The notes beneath the pieces were generated by a model that had not been told where the DNA came from, made no database searches, and saw nothing but the letters and a program-made list of their open reading frames with translations. The translations under genes and the position numbers were made by a program. From Nitrosopumilaceae archaeon (GTDB lineage Archaea > Thermoproteota > Nitrososphaeria > Nitrososphaerales > Nitrosopumilaceae), in NCBI GenBank assembly GCA_965214835.1, contig CBDCCK010000002.1:416001-480000 (forward strand): 64,000 bases of DNA. Direction: 5' to 3'. The first letter of the stretch is position 1, and each line of letters starts with the position of its first letter. This document shows positions 20,726 to 32,700 of this stretch, in pieces.

Positions 20726-23700
20726 TCATTTCGCTTGAGCATGCAGCCGCCTTGCAGCGACGATGGCAGCCGCCGGTGCTGCCACGTACATGCCTACATT
20801 CAGGGCTATGACCGAGGCGCCCAGCGCCAGCACCGAGGACTCCGAGCCCTCCTCGGCAAGCGACATTATCGACAGCGTCGAGATCATCGGGGATATAACA
20901 ATCCTTACGGCCTCGCGGAATGCCGGACTCTGGCGCTCCAGGTCTGCCACCGCGGGCGAGAACATATAGTATACCGAGTTGAATCCGGCGACAAAGGAGG
21001 CACCCGAGTCAGTCGAGAGCAGCGCGCCGTCGCGTATCTCCCTGAGTGCCTGCACCTGCGACGCCATCTCTGTTCCATATGCGGCAGTCGCTATCAGGCA
21101 CGAGCCGCCGGGCATCGGTGCGGGCGTGGGTTCGGGCTGTACCACGGGTTCGGGCTCCGGTACCGGCGGCTGCGGCTCGGGCTCTGGCTGTACCACGGGT
21201 TCGGGCTCTGGTACCGGCGGCTGCGGCTCGGGCTCTGGCTGTACCACGGGTTCGGGCTCTGGTACCGGCGGCTGCGGCTCGGGCTCTGGCTGTACCACGG
21301 GTTCGGGCTCTGGTACCGGCGGCTGCGGCTCGTCGATCGCATCGGACGGCTGGCCGACCGTATCGATATCGACAGACAGGGACGCCGGAATGTCGTACGT
21401 GCGCTGGCCGACGCAGGCATCCACGTTTACCGATTCATAGTCGGAGCTCAGGCCCCCGCCGGATTGCAGGATTGCGCTGACGCCTATGTATGTCTCGCTC
21501 TGACTAATCGGTCCCGTAAACGCCAAGAGTCCCCCGACCGTCTGGCCTGTGGCCGTGACCTTGGTGACACTGCTCTCGGTGGTGCGTATCGAAATCGAGA
21601 GATCATCTGAGACAGGTCCGGCGGTGATCGTCACGAGTCCTGCGGTACAGTCCCACGATATGGAGGCTATGTATGCCAGATCCACGCCGGCCGACGAGGT
21701 GATGACGTTGGTGCGGCCGCCGCCTCCCCCACCTCCGCCACCGGAGTTGATGCGGCCGGTACCGGCGCCGTCATCCTCACGAACCTGGACGCGCTCTGTG
21801 AGTGTAATCGGGTTGTCCGGCGACGCGTCTATTAGGTTGCCGCGCAGGTCCGAGACGGCGTCGGCGGCAATGTCAAGCTGCGGCATATCCATCGGGATCA
21901 CCTGCTCCATCTGGGAATCTGCAAGGGTAAGCGAGAGGGTCTCGACGTCGGCGGAGTCAAAGTCGAATATGGCGCCTGCCAGAGGGACCATATCTGCCTG
22001 GTTTACATCGCTTACATGCAGCAGGGTCAGGCCAGTAGCCGATACGTCCACGGCCTTGCTGAAGGTTATGGTCATTGCCCCCGTGTTCTCGTCAAGGGTT
22101 GCAGATTCAAAGGCCGGCGGCGAGGTATCGCGCACGTGCACCTGCCGGGTTACGGGATCGGGTGCAAGGCCTGCGGCGTCCGCGGACGCCGTGTAGGTTA
22201 CCACATAGTCTCCGACAGTCCCGGTGTCCACTGCCGCAGAGTCCACCGATACCGTACCCCGGTAGGCCGGATCGTTGTCGGTCACGACCGCGCCCGGATC
22301 CACATACGGGACTCCCAGCTCAGATACGAACGGATCGTCGCCCGATGGCATGATGACTGGGGGAGTGGTGTCCCGTACCGTTACAACTCTGGTGGCGGTG
22401 GCCTCGTTGCCGCCGTCGTCTGCTGCCGCATACGTCACCGTATAGTTACCCGCTATGCCGGTGTCGACTGCCGAAGTGTCAGTCATAACTGTGTCTGTAT
22501 AGTCCGGATCATTATCCGTCGAGGTGGCGCCGGCATCGGCGTATGTACCGCCCAGCTCTACAACGGCGGGATCGTCGCCAGATACCGTAATGACTGGGGG
22601 TGTGGTGTCCCGAATCATAACGATCCTGGTGGCGGTGGCCTCGTTGCCGCCGTCGTCTGCTGCCGCATACGTCACCGTATAGGTTCCCGCCTGGCCGGTG
22701 TCTATTGCCGAGGTGTCGGCAGTCACGGTTCCGTCGTATGCCGGATCGTTGTCGGTGGCCGTCGCGCCGGCATCGGCGTATAGATCGCCTAGTTCCACAG
22801 TTACGGGATCGTCGCCGGATACCGTAATGACTGGGGGCAGGGTATCGCGCACATGAACAATTCTGATCGCTGTTCCCGTGTTGCCCTCGCCGTCGGTGGC
22901 AGTGTAGGTCACATGATAGTCGCCGCGCCTCGTCACGTCGACTGCCGTGTCGTCGGTGACGACAGCCGAGCCATCGTCCGCCGTCGCACCGGGATCATCA
23001 TACGCGGTGCCCAGCTCGTGGGCCAGCGGGCTGTCGCCGGATATGGTGATGACTGGTGCCGCCGTATCCTGTACTATGACGATGCGCTCGGCCGGATCGG
23101 GTGCGAGTCCGGCGCCATCTGGAGATGCCGTATACGTTACGACATAGGTGCCAGTCACGTCGACGTTTACCGTGTCGCCGCCGATGCTGACCGTGCCGGC
23201 ATATGCCGGATCGTTGTCGGTCACCGTGGCGCCCTGCTCTGTATAGGGGCTGCCAAGCTGCAGGGTCAGCGACGGCGGGCCGTTGACGGTGATTACCGGC
23301 TTTGTGGTGTCCTGAACGGTTACCCTGCGCTCTACCGGATCGGGTGTGTTATTCGCGCCGTCTGGAGATGCCGTGTATGTCACGATATAGCTGCCCGATT
23401 CGTTGACATTCACCGCGGTGTCGTCTGTTGCTACCGTGCCTGCATATGCCGGATCGTTGTCGGTCACCGTGGCGCCAGGATCCGAATAGGGCGAGCCCAG
23501 CTCGTGCAGTAGCGGGCTGTCACCAGATATGGCGATTACGGGATTTGTGGTGTCCTGAACGGTTACCCTGCGCTCTACCGGATCGGGTGTGTTATTCGCG
23601 CCGTCTGGAGATGCCGTATACGTTACGACATAGGTGCCAGTCACGTCGACGTTTACCGCGTCGCCACCGATGCTGACCGTGCCGGCATAGGCCGGATCGT

Positions 23701-26700
23701 TGTCGGTCACCGTGGCGCCAGGATCCGAATAGGGCGAGCCCAGCTCGTGCAGTAGCGGGCTGTCACCAGATATGGCGATTACGGGATTTGTGGTGTCCTG
23801 AACGGTTACCCTGCGCTCTACCGGATCGGGTGTGTTATTCGCGCCGTCTGGAGATGCCGTATATGTTACAATGTAGCTTCCTGCCAGGGAGGTGTCGACT
23901 GCCGAGAAGTCGGCGTTGACTGTCTCTGCATAGGCCGGATCGTTGTCAGATACCGTGGCTCCCTGCTCGGCGTACGTGCCTCCAAGCTCGACTGTCACGT
24001 CCCCTCCGGTTAGCGTAATGACGGGCGGCGTGGTATCGCGCACCTGCACGGTCCTGGCATCCGAGGCCTCGTTGCCGTTGGGGTCGGTGGCCGTATATGT
24101 TACCGTATAGTCTCCTTCAGTATCGGTGTCAACTGCCGAGACGTCCGCGGTGACCGGCGAGCCGTCGACTGTCGTGGCTCCCGGATCCGTGTACGGGTCG
24201 CCCAGCTCGTGGGTAAGCGGGTTTGCGCCTGTTACCGTGATTACGGGCGGCGTGGTGTCTATATCAGACAGCCGGACCGTCTGGAGGCCGCCGTCCTTCT
24301 CCGAGGTTACGGCCGCATAGGTGTGATTGCCTGCCACAAAGGTCTTCACGCCGGTGGCGTCGTTAAGCAGCAGGGATGACATGTCCTTCAGGCCTCCGAC
24401 GTCCTCCGGGGAGGCAGGATCAGACACGTCGACGATCTGGAGGCCGTCCTCGCCGCGGGAGGTGACTGCGGCGTAGGTGTGATTGCCCAGTACGAACGTA
24501 TCGACGCCGTGGGTGAATCTGAGCAGCAGTGACGGGTCGTCTGTCAGCCGTCCTGCAGGCGCCGGATTGTGCGGATCGGTCACGTCTATAATCTGCAGGC
24601 CGCCCTCGCTGCGGGAGGTGACTGCCGCGTAGGTGTTGCCGTTTATAGTAAAGGTATCAATGCCAAAGGAGGTGCTAAGCAGGAGGGACGCATCACCATC
24701 ATCACGCAGCTGTCCGGCAGGTTCCGGGTTGTCCGGATCGGTGACGTCTATTATCTTGAGGCCGTTGTTCTCGTAGGAGGCCACGGCGGCGTAGGTGTTG
24801 TCACTTATCACAAAGGTGTCCACGGCCACAAGGCGGGTAAGACGCATGCCTGCAGTGTCTTCCAGCCTCCCGGCAGGCGCCGGGTTGTCCGGATCCGATA
24901 TGTCGACGATCTGGAGGCCGCCGTCGTGCTCAGAGACGACTGCCGCGTAGGTGTTGCCGTTTATCACAAAGGTGTCCACGGCAGTAGCCCCGTGGAGGAA
25001 CAGTTCATCTGGTTCCTCAACGTCTTCCAGATTTCCGGCAGGTGCGGGGTTGTCCGGATCCGATATGTCGACGATCTGGAGGCCGTTGTCGACGTTGGAT
25101 GCCACTGCGGCGTAGGTGCTACCGCCTATCGTAAAGACGGCCACGTCATATGCTCCGTCAAGCAGCAGGGATTCGTCGTCCTTTAGCTGTCCGGCAGGGG
25201 CAGGAGCCGCAGGATCCGTCATGCTTACAACCTGGAGACCGTCATCCTCAAACGATACGACTGCGGCGTATGTCCCGGCGCCTATCCTGAAGGTGTCGAC
25301 TGCGCGGGTGTTGTCAAGCAGCAGTCCCTCCTCTGTAATGATGCCCTCCGTCATTTCATCGTCGGTGTCCTCCAGGCTGCCTGCCGCTGCCGGACTCTTG
25401 AGAAGATCGAGTGACACGTATACGGTGACGGTGCCGCGTGCCGTGTCGGTGCCGTCAGTTACCGTGTATGCAAACGAGTCCAGACCGGCATAGTCCGTGT
25501 CCGGCGTGTACGTTATGGCGGTATCGTCATGGGTTACGGCCCCGTTGGGCGGGTCGTCTACGGCAGATATCCTCGGCGTGTCGGCAGCGTCGGGATCAGA
25601 CATGGCAGGATCTATGGTTACGGGCGTATTCTTGTAGGCAGACACGTGCACGTCGGGCGCCACGGGAGCAACGTTGGCGCCTGCAAGCACGATTGCGCGG
25701 TCCGGCTCGTCTCCTATGGCGTTGCCGGCCGGATCCGAGACTGCGCCTGCGGCTATGTCCAGCTGCGGCGCATCCATGGGGACGACCAGTGCCAGCTGGG
25801 CCGTGGTGAGCACAAGCTGTATGGTCTCAGAGTCCGGTACCGCATCATCAAAGGTTGCATCAGTCATGGCCACCTCGTCTGAGGCGCCCGTGTCGCTGAC
25901 ATACAGTTTTGACAGGTCGGTCGCAGAGACATCTATGGTCTCATCAAAGGTGATCGACATCATGCCGGTGGTCTCGTCCAGCGTGGCCGAGGAGAATGCC
26001 GGGGCCGTGATGTCAGCGGCTGCCAGCTCGGCGATCTGCAGGCCGCCGTCCTCTCCTGACGTCACTGCGGCGTATGTTGACGTGCCTATCACAAACGTGT
26101 CCACGCCGGAGGCGCCGTGAAGCAGCAGGATCGAGGAGTTGGGCAGTTTTCCGGCGTCCCTCGGGTTCGCAGGATTAGTTACATCAACGATCTGCAGGCC
26201 GTCAAAGGCGTCGTCGGTGACTGCCGTCACCGCCGCGTATGTCCTGCCGCCTGCCGTGAAGATGTCCACGTCTATCGTATCATCAAGCAGCCTGGCGTTG
26301 TCATCACGCAGCTGTCCTGCTGCGCTCGGGGCAGTCGGGTCGGTGACATCGACGATCTGCAGTCCTCCGTCGCCCCGGGAGGTGACTGCCGCATATGTAC
26401 GGGCGTCTGCCTCAAATATGGCGACGCCGGAGGTGCCGCCAAGCAGCCTGGCGTTGTCATCACGCAGCATTCCGACTGCGTCCGGGTTTTCCGGGTCGGT
26501 GACATTGACGATCTGCAGTCCTCCGTCGCTGCCGGAGGTGACTGCCGCATATGTACGGGCGTCTGCCTCAAATATGGCGACGCCGGCAGTGTTTGCAAGC
26601 AGCCGGGATCCGTTGTCCCTCACCTGTCCGACTGCGTCCGGGTTTTCCGGGTCGGTGACATTGACGATCTGCAGTCCTCCGTCGTTATCGGAGGTGACTA

Positions 26701-29700
26701 CGGCATACGTCCTGTCATCCGTGCCGTCAGTTATCGTAAAGGTGTCCACCGATGTCGTATCGTCAAGCAGCAGGTCGATGCCCCCTCCCAGCGTGTCCTC
26801 CAGGAGTCCCGTGGCGCTCGGGCCGGCCGGGTTAGTCACGTCGACGATCTGCAGGCCGCCGTCGGTAATGGATGTTACTGCCGCGTACGTCCTGGCGTTT
26901 ATCGCGAATATGTCCACGTCGGAGGCGCCGCCAAGCAGCAGTGAATTAGTATCGGCCAGCTGTCCTGCGGCCTCGGGGCTGTCCGGATCCGATACGTCGA
27001 CGATCTGCAGGCCGCCGTCGCCGAATGAGGCCACTACAGCGTACGTCTTGCCGCCTGTCACAAACGTTTCCACGCCGCGGGTGTGCTCAAGCAGCAGCTG
27101 ACCCGGGCCCTCCGTATCCTCGAGCTGCCCGGCAGCTGCCGGGTTCTCAAGGAGGGCTATCGTAAGTTCCGATTGATCCAGCACGGTGACGGTGCGCTCT
27201 GCCGCATCCGGCGCGTTGCCTGCGTCGTCTGCTGTAGCCGTGTAGGTTACAACGTAGATGCCGGCAGTGGACACGTCAACCGTGTCGCCGCCGATGCTGA
27301 CCGTGCCGGCATAGTCGGGATCGTTGTCAGATACCGTGGCGCCCTGCTCCGTATAGGTGCCGCCAAGTACTACTGCCACACTGGACTTGCCGTTGGGTGT
27401 TATTGTCGGCGCCGTGGTGTCCTGAATCGTGATGTCCCTTGTGGCAGTTCCCTTGTTGCCGTCGTTGTCGGTTGCCATATAGGTTATCGTGTAGGTTCCT
27501 GCATTGCCAAAGTCCACGGCCGAGTCGTCGGCAGTTACTGCCGAGCCGTCATCGGCAGTCGCGCCAGGATCTACAAATGTGTCTCCGAGCTCGTGGACCA
27601 GCGGGTCTGCGCCTGTTACAGTGATTACGGGCGGGGTGGTATCCCCGCCGGCGGCCACGGCGATATCAAAGGTCTCAGAATCGGTGCCTCCGCGGCCGTC
27701 GTTTACCGTTATGGTGACTGTGTGGGTCTGCCCGGCGTCTGCCTGCACGGGAGTCCAGGCTATACGGCCGTCGGATGTCGTGAAGGCGGCGGCTGCCGGC
27801 AGCGTGCCGCGCGATATCGAGTACGTGTGCGTGTCGGTCGGATCGGCGTCGGTCACAGAAGGTGTTATGGTCAGCTGTGTACCGGGCGTTGCAGTCTGGT
27901 CGCCTATTGTACCCAGGACAGGGGCGTTGTTGTCGGGCGTTACGGTTACAGTTATGGTGCCCTGTGCGGTGTCGGTGCCGTCAGATACGGTATATCCGAA
28001 GGTGTCCGTGCCCTCATAATCAGCATCAGGCGTGTAAGTTATGGTGGTACCATCATGAATGGTAGTCCCGTTTGGCGGGTTCTCTACTGCCGATATTGTA
28101 GGAGTGTCCGATGTGTCCGGATCCGATATTGCAGGCGTTATGGTTACAGGCGTGTCCTCTGCAGTGGTCGCCGTCGCAGCAGGCGCAACAGGCGGGGCAT
28201 TGGGAGTCTCTGCTGCCTCGTCCAGCCTCACCAGTTGGAGGCCGTCATCGCTGTTGGAGGTTACTGCGGCGTAGGTGTTGGCGCCTATCTTGAAGACGGC
28301 CACGCTGCCGGCGCCGTCAAGCAGCAGGGTACCGCCAGTACCATCATCTCCCAGACTCCCGGCGGCGGTGGGGCTGTCGGGATCGGTGACGTCTACAATC
28401 TGGAGGCCGTCTTCGTTGTTGGAGGTTACTGCGGCGTAGGTGTTGGCGCCTATCTGGAACGTGTCCACTCCGCGGGCGTTGCGAAGTAGCGTAGATGTAT
28501 CATCACCTAGATTCCCGGCGGCGGCAGGATTGTCGGGATCGGTGACATCTACAATCTGGAGGCCGTGCTCTCTGTTGGAGGCCACTGCGGCGTAGGTGTT
28601 GGTGCCTATCTGAAACGTGTCCACTCCGCGGGCGCCGAGAAGTAGCGTAGATGTATCATCACCTAGATTCCCGGCGGCGGCAGGATTGTCGGGATCGGTG
28701 ACATCTACGATCTGGAGGCCGTTGTTACTATTAGATTCGGCTGCTACTGCGGCGTAGGTGCTGCCGCCTATCATGAAGACATCTACACTGCGGGGGCCAT
28801 TAAGAATCGTTTGTGTACCATCTCCCAGACTCCCGGCGGCGGCAGGATTGTCGGGATCGGTGACGTTTACAATCTGGATGCCGTGTTCATTGTGGGAGGC
28901 CACTGCGGCGTAGGTGGAGCCGCCTATCTTGAAGACGGATACGCTGACGGCACCGTCAAGCAACTTAGAGCCATCATCTTTCAGACTGCCGGCGGCGGTT
29001 AGGTTGTCGGGATCGGTGACGTTTACAATCTGGATGCCGTCATCATGATTGGAGGCCACTGCGGCGTAGGTGTTGGTGCCTATCTTGAAGATGTCCACGC
29101 CGCGGGCGCCGACAAGTAGCAGCTCGTCCGAGGTATCTCCCAGACTCCCGGCGGCTGTAGGATTGTCGGGATCGGTGACGTCTATAATCTGGAGGCCGTT
29201 GTCAGATTCGGAGACCACTGCGGCGTATGTGTTGGTGCCTATCTGGAACGTGTCCACGTCGTGGGCGCCGTCAAGTAGCAGTTGCGGGTTGTCTCCTATA
29301 TTCCCGACCGGGGTCAGCGTGAGTGTGGGCGGAGCATCACCCACGGCTATGTCAAATGTCTCAGAATCGGTGCCGCCGCGGCCGTCATTTACCGTTATGG
29401 TGACCGTGTGGGTCTGTCCTGCATCGGCCGGTACAGGCGTCCAGACGAGGGTGCCGTCAGATGTGGAAAATACGGCGGCTGCCGGCAGCGTGCCGCGCGA
29501 TATCGAGTACGTGTGCGTGTCGGTCGTGTCGTCATCAGTTATGGTAGGCGTTATGGTCAGCTGGACTCCCACCGTAGCGGCCCGGTCGCCTATGGTACCC
29601 AGGACTGGATCGTTGTTGTCGCGCGTTACGGTTACAGTTATCGTGCCCTGCGCCGTGTCTGTTCCATCAGATATCGTATATTCGAAGGTGTCGGTGCCTT

Positions 29701-32700
29701 CATAGTCAGTATCAGGGGTGTAGGTTATCGTGGTATCATCATGCGTGGCGGCCCCGTTTGGCGGATCATCGACTGCCGATATTCTCGGGGTGTCGGCCAC
29801 GTCCGGATCCGATATGGCAGGTGTTATTATAACAGCCGTGTCCTCTGGTGTGGTTGCCGCATCATCAGGAGCTACCGGCGGATTGTTGGGCGTCTCTGCC
29901 TCCGCGCCCAGCCTCACTAGCTGGATGCCGTGGTCGTCATAGGAGGCCACTGCGGCGTAGGTGTTGCTGCCTATTGTAAAGACGTCCGCGGCGTAGGCGC
30001 CATCAAGCAGCAGATCACTTGTGTCGCCCAGACTGCCGGCATCGGTCGGATTGGCAGGATCCGATACATCTACAATCTGGAGGCCGTCGTCGGTTTCGGA
30101 GGCCACTGCAACGTAGGTGTTGGTGCCTATCGTAAATACTGCCACGCCGCTGGCGCCTTCAAGCAGCCTGGTGGTGTCATCTCCCAGGCTGCCGGCGGCG
30201 GCCGGATTGTCAGGATCCGATACATCTACAATCTGGAGGCCGTTGTCTGTAAAGGAGGCCACTGCGGCGTAGGTGTTGGTGTCTACCGTAAAGACTGCCA
30301 CGCCGCTGGCGCCTTCAAGCAGCCTGGTGGTGTCATCTCCCAGGCTGCCGGCGGCGGCCGGATTGTCAGGATCCGATACATCTACAATCTGGAGGCCGTC
30401 GTCGATTTCGGAGACCACTGCAATGTAGGTGCTGGTGCCTATCGTAAAGACGTCCGCGGTATAGGCGCCTTCAAGCAGCCTGGTGGTGTCATCTCCCAGG
30501 CTGCCGGCGGCGGCCGGATTGTCAGGATCCGATACATCTACAATCTGGAGGCCGTTGTCTGTAAAGGAGGCCACTGCGGCGTAGGTGTTGGTGTCTACCG
30601 TAAAGACTGCCACGCCGCTGGCGCCTTCAAGCAGCCTGGTGGTGTCATCTCCCAGGCTGCCGGCGGCGGCCGGATTGTCAGGATCCGATACATCTACAAT
30701 CTGGAGGCCGTCGTCGATTTCGGAGACCACTGCGGCGTAGGTGTTGGTGTCTACCGTAAAGACTGCCACGCCGCTGGCGCCTTCAAGCAGCCTGGTGGTG
30801 TCATCTCCCAGGCTGCCGGCGGCGGCCGGATTGTCAGGATCCGATACATCTACAATCTGGAGGCCGTCGTCGTCATAGGAGGCCACTGCGGCGTAGGTGT
30901 TGGTGTCTACCGTAAAGACTGCCACGCCGCTGGCGCCTTCAAGCTCCGTGGACGACGTGTCTTCCAGACTCCCGAGGCGTGCAGATATGAACTCGGGCTT
31001 TGTGATGTCGATCGGGTTGTCCGATGCCGTGTCTATGTCGTTTCCTGCCAGGTCCAATACGGCACCTGTTTTAATGTCAAGCTGTGGCGTCACCATAGGG
31101 GCAATCTGGTTCAGATGGGACTGGGTAAGCGTAAGCGATATGGTGGCAGAGTCGGCGGCGTTGCTGTCAAAGGCCGCCCCCGTCAGGGCTACCTCGTCGA
31201 TCCCGCCCGTGTCGCTGACGTACAGCATCGACAGATCCGTCTCGGAGACGTCTATGGTTTTACTGAAGGTGATCGTCATGGTGCCCGTACTCTCGCCGAG
31301 TGCCGCGGATGCGAATGTGGGCCTTACGGTATCGGCGGTGACCGTGATCGGGTTGTCAGGCACTGCGCCTATGTGGTTTACGAAGAGATCATATACCGCG
31401 GCGGCTCCTATGTCAAGCTGCGGGGTTCCCATCTGGATGATCCGGTTCAGATGGGCCTGGGTAAGCGTAAGCGATATGGTGGCAGAGTCGGCGGCGTTGC
31501 TGTCAAAGGCCGCCCCCGTCAGGGCTACCTCGTCGATCCCGCCCGTGTCGCTGACGTACAGCATCGACAGATCCGTCTCGGAGACGTCTATGGTCTCGCT
31601 GAAGGTGATCGTCATGGTGCCCGTGCCCTCGTCGAGTGCCGCGGATGCGAATGCCGGTGGCGTGATGTCGCTCAGTCTCGCTATCTGGATGCCGTTGTCG
31701 GCCCGAGAGGCTACCGCGGCGTAGGTGTTACCGCCTACTGCAAAGATGTCCACGCCGAAGGCACGGTCAAGCAGCAGCTCGCCGCCACCCGCGGTGTCCT
31801 TCAGCTGCCCGGCGGGCGCCGGGTTGTCGGGATCGGTGACATCTACAATCTGGAGGCCGTTGTCGGCAAAGGAAGTGACTGTGGCGTACGTGTTATCGCC
31901 CATTACAAAGACGGCCACGCCGCGGGATTTCTCAAGTAGCAGCTCATCGTCACCATCGCTTGCAGGTTCTGTATCTGCTAGATGTCCGGCGGGTGCCGGG
32001 TTACGCGGATCCGTGACGTTTACAATCTGGAGGCCGTTGTCTTTCTCCGAGGCCACCGCCACGTACGTGCCGTGTGCGGTCGTAAAGGTGTCCACTCCTA
32101 CGGAACCGGCAAGCAAAAGCCCGCCGGCGCCCGCGGTATCCTTCAGCTGCCCGGCGGGTGCCGGGTTACGCGGATCCGTGACGTTTACAATCTGGAGGCC
32201 GTTGTCGGCAAATGATGCTACTGCAGCATAAGTGGAACCTCCTACTGTGAAGACGTCTACGCCCCAAGGGCCGGCAAGCAAAAGCCCGCCGGCGCCCGCG
32301 GTGTCCTTCAGCTGCCCGGCGGGCGCCGGGTTGTCGGGATCGGTAACGTTGATTATCTGGAGGCCTCTGTCGCGGGAGGATGTAACGGCCGCATATGTTT
32401 TGTCACCTATTACAAAGACGGCCACGCCGCGGGATTTCTCAAGCAGCAGCTCATCGTCGATCCCGCCTGCAGGCTCGGTGTCTTCCACACTCCCGGAAGC
32501 TTCCGGGTTGTCGGAATCTGTAACATTTACAATCTGGAGGGCGTCGTCACCATGTGAGGCGACTGCCGCGTACGTTTTATCGCCTATCGTGAATACATCC
32601 ACACCGTATGCACCATCAAGCCGCAATGAGTTCGTGTCCGCCAGATGCCCGGCGGCGGATGGGCTGTCTGGATCAGTGACGTTGATTATCTGGAGGGCGT

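Noticed and set aside
29940-30960. Possible CRISPR array or DGR template/variable repeats
   Set aside because: The units are in-frame coding repeats without unique spacers. There is no cas or reverse transcriptase gene, and the differences are not adenine-specific.
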